A stretch of DNA of 64,000 nt, from the NCBI GenBank assembly GCA_964016885.1, contig OZ024740.1:156922001-156986000 (forward strand), written 5' to 3'. The stretch comes from Eledone cirrhosa (Eukaryota). Positions 49,128 through 64,000 of the stretch are shown here, one piece after another. A program made the position numbers and the translations under genes. How positions within the stretch are numbered: the first letter of the stretch is position 1; each line of letters opens with the position of its first letter. The notes under the pieces were generated by a model. It did no database searches, was not told the origin of the DNA, and worked only from the letters and a program-made list of their open reading frames with translations.

Positions 49128-51097
49128 ACGATTTGTTATATCTTCATTATGTATATGAAGTAGTGATTCGTATTTCGCTATTGATCAGCTCAAGGTTCAA
49201 TCTGTATCGATCTAGCCCAAATCTGGAATCAAAAGCTAGTTGTACCTCTGCTGTGGTAATGACAGAATGAACCTGTAAGGCTTAGAAAGGTCTATAATGA
49301 TTCACATTCATTTATGGGGGACAGTTACTGTGTCTTTATTGGTGGTTTTGCTATAAGGAATGTTTTAATATGTGTGATAGGTGGGGGAAGGATCATAATG
49401 AAGAGGTGGTGGTGGAGAGAGGTGGTTGGTGTGAGTTGCGGGGGTGTGGTGTTTGGGCTGTTTCATAGCGAGGTGAGGCGAGGGTGCTGGGTGTGGTTTG
49501 GGAGGTGATTATGGGCTATGCGTGATGGGAGATGAAAGAGTGCGGTGTTGTACTAAGGGGGAGGGGGGTGTCAGCGGTTTGTCGACGAGGAATAAAATAA
49601 AATGGAGAAAAATGAAAAAAAATAAAGAAGTATGTTAACCTAGGTTAGGAGTAAGGCTTTGGTATAAACTATCTATATCCTTAAAGGGATATTTGTATTA
49701 TAAAAAATATTAAGGGTTGTGGTTAGTGTTTGAAATGAATATGAATAAATAGATGAATGCATAAATGAAGTAGTTGTTACACTTACTATGTGAACTAATC
49801 TATACACCGATACAGTGTATAGTGTGTGAAATGAATATAAATGTACATGTGCATACACACACGCACACATATATATATGAATGGATAAATTAAATAATTG
49901 TTTCTACTTTTGGCACAAGGCCAGCAACTACCCAATGGCTACACTAACTATATGGGCTAGCTTATACACCGGTACATACATATGCTAACATAGACTATAT
50001 GTAGTTACAGACACACACCCACACGTATATGCATAAACATGTCTGCATCTCTGTATATACACACACATTCAGATACATACGTATACATACATATAACTAT
50101 ATGAGTCTGCAGGCATGTACTCATATATATATACACACAAACTCAAGTATATGTGTATGTACTAGCAGTGCGTCTAGATAAATATCATATAGGCATATAT
50201 AGTGGTAAAACATTTTTTTATGATATGAGAAGGGTGAAAATGTAATAGTGATGGGAAATAAATGTAATAGTGATGGGAAATAAATGCAATAGTAGTAATT
50301 TATAGGATGCTGGTGGTTTGTGCATGTTTCTTGCGTGTGCGGTGTGTGTTCATGTGGGTGGAGTGGTGAATACATGGTGATATGTTTCCCATCGATGTGG
50401 AATTTGCATTAAGTAGAAATAACGCAAACAAGAAAAGTGTATAAGACAAAAGAAATAAGATAGAAAAACAATAAAGCGAAACCAAATGAAGGACGGGAGT
50501 CCTTTGACAGAGAAGTAGGCTGAAATAGGAAACATAGACAAACACAGTCAAACAATAAGGTCTTACGACTGACGTTAACTAAATTATATACAATAGATAG
50601 TCAAACGCTTGACATATAGGATTGTGTAATAAATGCTGGTTTATGGGTTTCCACCAAATTTACGACTAATATATTGTTTATAGTGATAGTATAATATTTA
50701 TTATTAATAGCGGTTCTTTGCTTTGCGGCTAATATTTTTATATATTTATCTCTGTTTTTATCCAAATATACCCATAATTTGTGTATCCATTCTTTGTCGC
50801 GATATCGTATCATTTGAATCTTTCCAACTAAACGGGTCTCCATTCTGTTGCATAAACTGGCATTACAAGTACAATACCACCTTAATACTTGAAAATGGAT
50901 GCCAGCATATGGCTGACGGGTAGAGATACAGTTGTCCGTTCGTCTTATATAATTGTTTTTCTGTGTTCATTTTCTGCTGTTTCTCCCTCTCATATATGAT
51001 GAACCTCAACTATAGACACACCACGGCACTGGCCCTTGCATCGAGCCATCATTACTGCATATAATCCTTCATGCAGGCATAAATACACCTATACATA

Positions 51098-51256
51098 CCG
51101 TATTTTTCGGCGCCGAAGACGCTTCCTCCTCGAGGACGCACCTTAATTTTGACAACCAAAAATTTGAAAAAAATAATAAACAACCTTCGGCCTCCAGGTA
51201 GATTTTTTAGACTTATTTTAGGAAAAAAGTAGCGTCTTCGACGCCAGGAAATATGG
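51098..51256. mobile_element. Tc1/mariner-type MITE, second copy
   Basis: TA-ccgtatttttcggcgccgaagacgc...gcgtcttcgacgccaggaaatatgg-TA; interior matches 43639. Confidence 0.85.
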
Positions 51257-52821
51257 TACTTGGCTGCATCAGCACTTCTAATTTTTCTTACACTTTCGTT
51301 GAAGACATTTCCAGTCACACCAGCATATAACCTAATCATACTTTCTGGATATTGCTCGCCATGCTTCTTCTTCTCACTACTTCTCATTGTTGACCTTTTA
51401 TATCTTTTTTCCATTTCAATTACAGTTCTTTCGACTCCAAAAACTAAACTTCCAGTGACTGCCTTATTTAAACTATCAAACTCATCACATCAAAATAAAT
51501 GTTCACATTTCATGCATTTATATCTACAAATTCTGTATTCTAGCGGATTGTTTGAACAATTCTTGAGACAGGTGTAACTTGAAGTCAGTTACCCGCAATT
51601 TCTAATGATTGATTTGGTAGTAAAGCCTGTATTGAATCATTTTATCAGTAAATGTTCCTCTTTGCTCCTTACTCAACAAACGTATCAGCGTTTGGCTTTT
51701 GTCAGGTGCTGTGACACTGGGTGGATCAGCAAATACTCTACTTGACAGCGTTTGGCTTGTGCCAGACGCTGTGACCCCGTTGGTAGGGGTAACAACTGCC
51801 AAATCCACCTCAATCGCCAATAACCCTGGAGTTCTGTGTCCTTCGTTTGTAATTTTTATTTTTTTTAAATAATTTTTTAAGGTTTCCCCTTTAAATATTG
51901 CTTCTCGTTTTGCCTTGTTTCCGTTCATTGTCTTGTTCTCGCTTTATTCAATTTCTTAAGTTTATATACATGTATGTAAGTATGTATGTATTCGAATATT
52001 ATGAGAAATGTCTATCTCAGTTTCAGCTATACTGAGTGTGCACGTCTGTTAGGGAAACATTGCTCTATAACTATCTTTCGACCAGTGTCTATAAGCTAAG
52101 CGTCCTTGACAAAGTCAGATACATATAAGATTGTGATCAGAAATTTATTGAAACTTTTTTCAAATTATTATGGAGAGTTGAATAACTAAAGACAGTATAT
52201 TTCATATGAATCCTCTATCTTCAAGCAAATCATTGCAAAATTACATACAAGTATATCTTCAGAGAGTAAGAAACCTCATTTTGTTTTTCAAATTATTACG
52301 GATAATATAAAAGCGTTTTTCATACGTATATAACAATTTATATATCTGGATTGAAACGTTTCAACAAAACATGAATTTTCAGTGAATTAAATTTGTGCAA
52401 TTCGGGATAGAAAGACTGTTAAATAGATACATTTAAATCAGATATGATAACATTTTGTTGCTTTCGTGTCAGAAAGATAGTAGTATATAGTTCACAATAA
52501 CAATGAAATCTACTTAGTTCTTTTATTCTGTTAAAGGCTTGTAGCTATTGACTAGATATTCACATATTGCCTGTGTCACGCCATATGCAGCTTACAGAGA
52601 TGACTATGGAAGCATATGTACGCTTCAGGAAGCCACACAATATGGCTGAATCTATGAGAAATATACTTAATGGAAAGTTTCCGCAATGTTTGAATGTCTG
52701 ATCAATTGTTCCCAGATTCTAGCAGAAATAATGAACTAGCATTATTTTCTATTTTAAACTGCGTGTAGCTCACTCCTTCTGGTCTGAAAACAACATATAA
52801 CTTCATTATATTTTATTTTAT

Positions 52822-52975
52822 AGGGCGGTGGATTGGCAGTATCGGTAGTGGGTCGGACGCCATGCTTTCAAATCCCACCGAGGTTGACTTTGCCTTTCAT
52901 CTTTACAGGGTCGATAAAATAAAGTACCAGTAATGCACTGGTTAATTGCTGGCCTTGTGCCTAAAGTAGAAACAA
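52822..52975 (+). mobile_element. tRNA-derived SINE with internal deletion and target-site duplication
   Basis: Matches the 28554 family; attatattttatttta-like duplication on both sides. Confidence 0.82.
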
Positions 52976-53725
52976 TTATATTTTATTTTATTACTCTAAC
53001 ATTCTTACTTCCATGAAAGGCAAGAAGAAACAATGTAATCCACTAATTTTGTACTAAAGGCACACGTAATAGTGGAATATTTATGTTCATTTATGTGAAT
53101 ATATATTTATGTTCATATTATGTTCATATCTACCACCTTTAAAATGTTTGCATCTGCATAATGTAGCTCGGTGTAAATTATTCCTGCAAAAGGTGACATG
53201 GTTATATCTTGAATATCTTTGATGAGAAGTCTGTTCCCCTAGCAGGATAGAATTGGTGCCAAAATAACACCAATAACAACAAAAAGCTCATCTTTGTCAA
53301 AACTACATTGTTTTTGTTTGTTTGTTTTTTTGTATTTTTTGTTTCACCTGTGAAGTTGTTATTATGATTGACAGAAACGGCAGAGTGTGAAGCAAACTTA
53401 TATCAAAGCCGTAGAAGAGATGGCTAGGATGGCGAAAAGAGTAATGATAGCTTTCCAGCAGTCACTATACTTCAATGGTTACTCTATAATGGTTACAATA
53501 TAAAGAAATACACAGATACATGCGAACACATACATATACATTGAATATATCCACATATATCCCTGAATTTGTGGTGCCAACCTCAACCGTTGTTGCTCTA
53601 TGAATAACTGGGACAAAATAATCCGAATGGATTAGATTGATTCAGTATCAGAGCTATGTAATACATTATAAAGAAAGAAGAAACACTAGATATAATTAAT
53701 AAGATATACCAAATTCCCTCATTAC

Positions 53726-53817
53726 TCCTCGACTACGTAGTTTCGTGACATATTATGCAAAACACTACATCACAGAGATACAGTATTTTTGTGAGGTTTG
53801 CCGACTTATCAAGAGGA
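53726..53817 (-). ncRNA. Type I hammerhead, U3-A8 covariant core, long stem II
   Basis: tcctc TTGATAA gt...ac GAAA ctacgtag TC gagga; 5-bp stem I, palindromic stem III, GUC site. Confidence 0.78.
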
Positions 53818-54039
53818 TACCTCATTTAGAATTTCAAAACACATCCGTAGGACGCGAGATAGAATCCCAAAAGGCGAAGGGGGGTCAATCACGTTATACA
53901 GCGGTCAAGAAACAGAGCTAAGCCTCTTACAATCAATAAAAAAATACCACAAAGGTGGAGGGGGTACTTATATCAAAGCCGTATATATATATATATATAT
54001 TACTCACATGTCGCATCTTTCCGACATCCATAAAAAAGA

Positions 54040-55664
54040 TTTACAACAGCTCTGGCTAGCAGAATATGGGATTTGAAAGACCAAGGTATCCAATATAAAT
54101 TGGATCGGTCAATTTTGAACCAATCTAAAGAATATGCAAGAGGAACAAGAAGGTGCACACTCTGCATAAGTGAAAAATATTGGATTTTACAGAACCTTAA
54201 ATCACCAAAAACCTGCCTAAACGCAAAAACAGAAATTTTCACCAGTTGCCCACACATGAAATCACACTTGCTTTCCACCTCATATAAACTTAACTCACTT
54301 TCAGATACTTATCCTCCATAAACTCTTGTTCTTCACTTTCCTTAAATTATCCTCTTTACAGACTTCTCTTTCTGATTTACTTTCATTTTTAACTTTATTT
54401 TTAACTTTATTTTAACTTTATTTTTATTTTTACTTCACATCCACCAGTGAATCCCCCCCCCCCCTACTTTTTGATTCACTTACCTAATATCTTCACATTC
54501 CACATTTTACTTCCCCATTTTCTTTCACTACCTGATATGACTGTCACTTGCGTTTTCCACTCAGATATATTCTGATGTTTCGCACCCGATTTTATATTTG
54601 TACTCATTTATTCATACGGCTGGTTTATAATTTGTATCTATGCGTGTGAGTGTGCATATGTGTGTATACGTTCTGTATATGTATACGAACGCCTCCGTAT
54701 GTGTGCGTGCGTACGTATATATATGTGTGTGTATGTGTGTTTTTATATCTGTTTTTTACATACTTATTTATACGTGTGTGTATATGTGGGTGAATGTATG
54801 TGTAGGTGTATGTATATATGTGTATATGTATACGTATGTATGGGTGTGTATGTATATATGTATATATATATATAGTCGCGTACGTACGTGTGATTAGATA
54901 TACATGTGGCGATATATAAATATACGTGCCTCGTGTGTATGTATGTACGCATGCATGCGCTTTTGTCTGTACGTATTTATATGTATATATATCTTTATAT
55001 ATATATGTATGTGTGTGTACGTGCGTACCTATGTTTGTTTTCTTTTTTCTAGTGTTAATTGATAACCCCTCCCTCTTACTTTCTCTTTGATTTAAAAAAA
55101 GAAAAATGTTTTCATTCCCATATATTGTTTCATTTTTATACATATATCGAGAATGACACTTCTTTTTACTATTGCACTCCCTTCCCTCTTTATCTTCCGC
55201 CTATAAGTGACCGCGCGCGTGTGTGTGTGTGTGTGTTTATACACGTGCTTTCATACTCGTATGTGTATTTAATAGCTGTATCTGGATGCGTGTTAACTAT
55301 ATTATCTTACAATTTCTTCTTCAACTCATATTATATACGTATTTGTGGTCACATATACACAAATATACTTGCCCTCATACATGTACTTACGCACACATTT
55401 TCACCATACATATGCATTTGTACATACACACATATGTACATTTGTGAGTGTATATACATACATATACACATACCCTAACTATATTTCCTTATTTTTATAT
55501 ATCTCTTGCATTACTTTTATTTATATATTTTTTTGCCCGTTAAACTCTTGCCTTTCTTGGGGAGATTTTTCAAATATTTCACTATGTTTTAAATTGCCTT
55601 GTCCGATGAACGAATGAGGACGTTTTTCGTATTCGTCTTATTCGGGAAACCTCTGGTAATGAGG

Positions 55665-55670
<6 letters not shown>
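54040..55670 (+). mobile_element. PLE 3' fragment: endonuclease C-terminus, long low-complexity 3' UTR, degenerate hammerhead at ~55604-55660
   Basis: IWDLK...RCTLCISEKYWI...LNAKTEIFTSCPH; cCGATGA a cgaatgaggacg...cgtcttattcg g GAAA cctctgg TA before (TA)n. Confidence 0.72.
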
Positions 55671-55701
<31 letters not shown>

Positions 55702-55717
55702 ATTCGCACACACACAC

Positions 55718-55805
<88 letters not shown>

Positions 55806-56559
55806 CCGTGTGTGTGTGTGTGCGAATTATTATATATATATTTCACACATCTTCCGTCAAACAAACAACGAAATTTCATTTACATGGCCACGCGAAGCTA
55901 TAATAAACGATACTTGGGGAAAGTGTCATACAGTGAACCGAACACTAGCTCACGAGATTGTGAAACTAACATTTTTACCACACGGCCATAACTACGTATA
56001 TATTTCTTTAAAAACGATTGCATAATCATATTATTTCGAATAATTGTGTTATCGCTTCGGTAAAGACTGTCACGATATAATTGGGAAGTTAGAATAAATA
56101 GCAGAAAACCTACGCTTCGGGTTGTTTTCTATTAGCATGTGTAGTGTGTATATTGATATTATACGCAGGTATATATACATGTAGATATGATACATCAAAT
56201 AAAATCGTAATTGACAATATACACAGAAATTGAACGAAGACTACGTTACACTGTCTTATGTAATCAGTAACGTAATACATGATAAATTAAAAAAATACAA
56301 TATTATATATAACTGCATTAGCAGAAAATTAGTGACAGAAAATTAGTATGTTTATTCAAGCGATCACCACCGGAAGTGTTGACATCACACACTCTCTCTT
56401 TCTATATATATGGTAGTTGAAGTGATGGTGGTGGCGACGATATACCAGTAGAACAACTTTGAAAAGAAGTCAATTATAAATTATTTATTTTTACGAAATT
56501 ATTTTTGTTTACGAAATTTTGTAGATAATTATGTAACATTCATTCATTATTTATTCAAA

Positions 56560-56668
56560 GTTCAAATCCCGCCGAGGTTAACTTTGCCTTTCATCCTTAC
56601 GGGGTCGATAAAATAAAGTACAAGTAATGTACTGGGTAATTGATGGCCTTGTGCCAATAGTAGAAACA
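56560..56668 (+). mobile_element. 5'-truncated SINE with 16-bp target-site duplication
   Basis: attatttattcaaagt at 56546-56561 and 56669-56684; empty site in the paralogous copy at ~59047-59062. Confidence 0.9.
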
Positions 56669-56791
56669 ATTATTTATTCAAAGTAATCCAACTTATTTTA
56701 CTAACGGGGTAAAATAAAATAAACTGTACGCAATCCCGCAGACCTTAGCGGATCCTCAGCTAGATTACGAGCTGAGGATCTTGTGTAACCA

Positions 56792-56897
<106 letters not shown>

Positions 56898-57011
56898 TGT
56901 ATGTATATATATATATTTGTATATGTTTGTATGTAAATGTGTTTCGAATAAATTGTTTGTTATCATTATATCACGTGACTCTGAACAATGTGTATTCTTT
57001 TATCATTGCAG

Positions 57012-57108
57012 GGTGAGGAAATGTCAAAAGATCACCAGAGATATTTACTGAAGAAAGCTAAACAAGAATGCTACGAGCGAATGAATCGGTCTTCCAGCGC
57101 TAATTTAA
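57012..57108 (+). CDS. Putative internal exon of a class B (secretin/PTH/calcitonin-family) GPCR, N-terminal helix of the hormone-binding domain
   Basis: Acceptor ttcttttatcattgcag, donor gttagt; 97 nt phase 0 to 1; peptide GEEMSKDHQRYLLKKAKQECYERMNRSSSANL resembles PTH1R [24 protein letters not shown] (recalled, not searched). Confidence 0.62.
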
Positions 57109-59429
57109 GTTAGTAACTGTTATATATAAATTCCATTTTATATTATCTTATTACAATGAATTTTTATAGTTTAAATACACTCCAGAATTTGATGATTTTG
57201 ATGTTGTTTAGATTCATGATTCAATAGTTTTCTGTTATCGTTTTCCAAACAACGTTCCTTGTAAATTCCTCTATGGTACACTGAACACCACTTACCTCAC
57301 TTATAATATTGTTTTCCACACTGTGAACATAATGGTTTTGCTTCATTGAAATGTTTGCTCTCCATACTTGCATTTTAGATGCCATCTTTATCCCTCTAAT
57401 ATAGGGTTTTGTCATATACATGACGAATGCAACGGTTCTATAAATATATATACCCATTTTTTTTAATTCATGCATACATACATAGCCGTGCACACGTATA
57501 TATATTTATGCATATATATTCATAAATATTTATATTTAAGTTACACACACTCACACGCACACACACATACACACACAGAAACACACACAAACATGTAACA
57601 TGTATGTGTAAGTGTGTAGTGTGTGTGTGTGTAAGTATTAATATATATATTACATAAGTATTTATACTAGTACATACCACATATTAGAAAATGTAAGATG
57701 AATTTAATGTACATACCCATTCATATACACATACATACACACATAGATACATGCATGATATTATGTATATACATATACATAATTTTATGTGTGTGTGTGT
57801 GTGTGTGTGGTTATGTGAATGTTTTTGTGTATGTGTGTAACTGAGATGATCAATTGTCTTAATACGTACGTAAACAAATCTACATCTATCCAATGCTATC
57901 CACGTAATCCCTAAACTTATATTCAACTGCACTCCCCACACAAGATAAAGGAAAATTTAACATGACCTTGAAAATCATACCTCGTTCCTCCCAACAAGAT
58001 AACAACCGAACCATATGAATTAATGTTATGACGTGACAGACGTCATCATGCCTTAGCCGTCGTATTACGTAGTTTCTATATTACTGACTCAGCGAAAACT
58101 ACATCCTTACATAACTGAAATACTACTCACATATGATCAGTACAATCGCCTGAAATACTCTCCGATGCCCTTAACAAACATGACATGATATATAGACACC
58201 CACCGAAATAAACAATATGCGTATTAATCAGAAGCTAAAGAGACCAAACCAAAACCCCTATAATCCCTCATTAAACTAATCAAAACCCTATCACACTTAG
58301 CGAACTAATTAAATCGACAGAAGATACGAACTTAAATTACTCGCTCCTCAAATAAATTACCAATTAAAATCGAAAAGAGACTCACTCTTAACAATGCAAA
58401 ACCTCTACCACCCTCTACACACGTTATAAGAATACTCACATTTTATGTATAGACCGGAGTTCAAACCAAAATTAAAAAAAAAACATAAACAGGCCCAAAC
58501 TACGCGAAACAATATTACTCAACGCTAAAATAAGAATTTCGTTCCAATCGGAACGAAATAATATTCACCAACCGATGAACATAAAAAGTAAATAGATTAG
58601 CTAAAATAATTAATAAAATACTAGCAGAAAAACCACACTTCGAGGCGTTTGCTGCTAGCATGTGTAGTGTGTATATTGATATTATACGCAAGAATATATA
58701 CATGTAGATATGATACATCAAATAAAATCGTAATTGACAATATAAACAGAAATTGAACGAAGACGTTATATTATTTTATGTAATCAGTAACGTAATCCAT
58801 GATACATTAAAAAAAGACGATATTATATATAAACTGCATTAGGAGAAAATTAGTTACAGAAAATTAGTATGTTTATTTAAGTAATCGCCACCGGAAGTGT
58901 TGACATCACACACTCTCTCTTTCTATATATATGGTAGTTGAAGTGATGGTGGCAACGATATACCGGAAGTGCAACTTTGAAAAGAAGCCAATTATAAATT
59001 ATTTATTTTTACGAAATTTAGTAGATAAATTATGTAACATTCATTCATTATTTATTCAAAGTGATCCAACTTATTTTACTAACGGGATAAAAAAATAAAC
59101 CGTACGCAGTCCCGTAGATCTTCCTTTATTATAGTTTAGATTATCTCACATGATTTATCTTGTGTGTAATTTCCGTCCAACGAAGTATCGAGCGAGTTAA
59201 AGATATATATACAGTACATACGCACCTGTGTAGAAGTGACCCAAGCCAGATTTCATCCCCAAGAGTAAGTCACTCATCCACATCTGTAAATCTGTTACGA
59301 CCTACTTAGCATAGTTATCGACAAGAGTCATTAAAGCGTCAGATTCAATCCATTTGTATTTTGGCTGGTTCACTGCGAACTCTATTGAAATTCCGCCGAC
59401 AAATTTAACTTTCATCCTTTCGGCACCGT

Positions 59430-59624
59430 CAAATACAGTTACATCCCACTGGCAGGGCGGGCAGGCCGGTACCTCCTCATCTCATTTGTACAGGTGAGTA
59501 AACTGGAGCAACGTGAAATAAAGTGTCTTGCTCAAGAAAAAAACACATCACCCGGTCCAAGAATTGAACTCGCAACTTTTCAATTGCAAGCCGAATGTTC
59601 TAACCACTATCAATGCGCCTTCAC
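59430..59624 (-). mobile_element. Second-family tRNA-derived SINE
   Basis: Minus strand gaaggcgcattgatagtggttagaac...gagttcaattc...cttgagcaagacactttatttcacgttgctccagt. Confidence 0.7.
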
Positions 59625-60160
<536 letters not shown>

Positions 60161-60228
60161 CAAGGTTTAGCAAATAAGAAAAAGTTTCAAAATAAATTTT
60201 AAAAAATGAACTCTACTCACTATGGTTA

Positions 60229-60313
60229 CCTTTACCGAGTCGGTTTCGAGTCTCAAAAGTAAATAGACAGTCCTTATGGCAGTCCATTGCAAATATAAAC
60301 TCTCGTCAGAAGG
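60229..60313 (-). ncRNA. Canonical type I hammerhead in a ~240-bp island between (TA)n arrays
   Basis: cctt CTGACGA gagt...actc GAAA ccgactcgg TA aagg. Confidence 0.82.
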
Positions 60314-60454
60314 ATCTTTTCACTCGGAGAATATAAAATTCCCGAGTTCAAGTTACAAACTGGCGCTATTCAAAATTGTTCACGAGATGAGAATAAATGA
60401 TGATATATATATATATATATATATAAGATCAAAAGATGGTTAAAAGAGTTCCAT

Positions 60455-60527
60455 CTATTTTATTATGCGCATTTCAAAAACAAATATCATCATGGGATGA
60501 TACATGCGTTCTCATCAGATAAAATAG
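60455..60527 (-). ncRNA. Type I hammerhead, family of 33700 (element 60423-60590)
   Basis: ctattttat CTGATGA gaacgcatgtatcatc...gatgatatttgttttt GAAA tgcgca TA ataaaatag; 9-bp stem I. Confidence 0.8.
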
Positions 60528-60612
60528 GGAGACATGATATGAAGTTTAAAAAACACTTTCGAGCAGTGAAGTGTTAAATCTACATATGAAATCTACATAA
60601 TATAATATAACA

Positions 60613-63470
<2,858 letters not shown>

Positions 63471-63473
<3 letters not shown>

Positions 63474-64000
63474 CAAAGGCATGTATTGAGTTAGAAACTC
63501 AAAATAGTCTCATTACAGTTAATTAGCTCTAGTAAAGAGGTTTTTCCGAGCCGTATAGTATAACTGAACAAAAAAGAAAAACGAACACAGACATATACAT
63601 ATATGTGTTCAAATCGTAATCGACCAGAATCGCTAAGGTGAAAAAAATACTAACTACAGACAATAGGGTTTGCTTGGCTCAATTTAAGAATAAATCAAGA
63701 AAAATTAATACAAACCAGAATTGTGGTAACTACCGATCACCCGGACAGTATTGATAGTACTGTTTCGCAATATTATTTGTGAAGAGGAATACCAAAGTCC
63801 TAGCTCATCAGCGGGTGAAGAAATTAGTAGTGGATAGTGTGTGTATATGTAACGCACATGGTCCCCGAACTTAGCGTGTCTCGCAGACTCACGCCACTAA
63901 AAATAGCAGCCGGGTTTACTCGACATTTGAATTAGCTCCACGAATTAACGGAGCCGAATATATCAAAGGCATGTATTGACTTAGAAACTCAAAATAGTCT
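63471..64000 (-). mobile_element. 490-bp unit with one hammerhead, beginning to repeat at 63961 (retrozyme-like or pLTR)
   Basis: tatcaaaggcatgtattga.ttagaaactcaaaatagtct at 63471 and 63961; abuts (TA)n; runs off the window. Confidence 0.7.
63738..63817 (-). ncRNA. Canonical type I hammerhead ribozyme
   Basis: cacccg CTGATGA gc...gc GAAA cagta-ctatcaa-tactg TC cgggtg; 6-bp stem I, 5-bp stem III, GUC site. Confidence 0.87.

Noticed and set aside
51260-51577. Plus-strand hydrophobic ORF as the GPCR signal-peptide exon
   Set aside because: Begins at a non-ATG codon beside a MITE and lacks a convincing donor site.

Overview
Eukaryotic, AT-rich, microsatellite-dense animal DNA. The SINE, RTE and microsatellite repertoire resembles a cephalopod (probably Octopus); this is an inference. 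The window appears almost entirely intronic: only one plausible host exon was found (57012-57108, resembling the N-terminal helix of a class B/secretin-family GPCR). The rest is retroelements partitioned by microsatellite target. (TACA)n arrays hold two R4/Dong-like RT-RLE families (one full-length 1169-aa ORF) plus RTE elements in the opposite orientation. (TAA)n arrays hold two other Dong-like elements. (TA)n arrays hold many Penelope-like (PLE) ends. Reading both strands gives about a dozen type I hammerhead ribozyme motifs, including U3-A8 covariant cores and palindromic stem III forms. Most sit in fold-back cassettes of the form (TA)n-arm-inverted arm-tail-(TA)n. Also present: a circularly permuted tRNA-like tandem unit inserted as a fold-back, a 490-bp hammerhead-bearing repeat unit, a near-intact RTE LINE, SINEs, two MITEs, a Helitron-like element and a 14-bp minisatellite. 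Boundaries were read by eye and may be off by a few bases. No database search or folding program was run.
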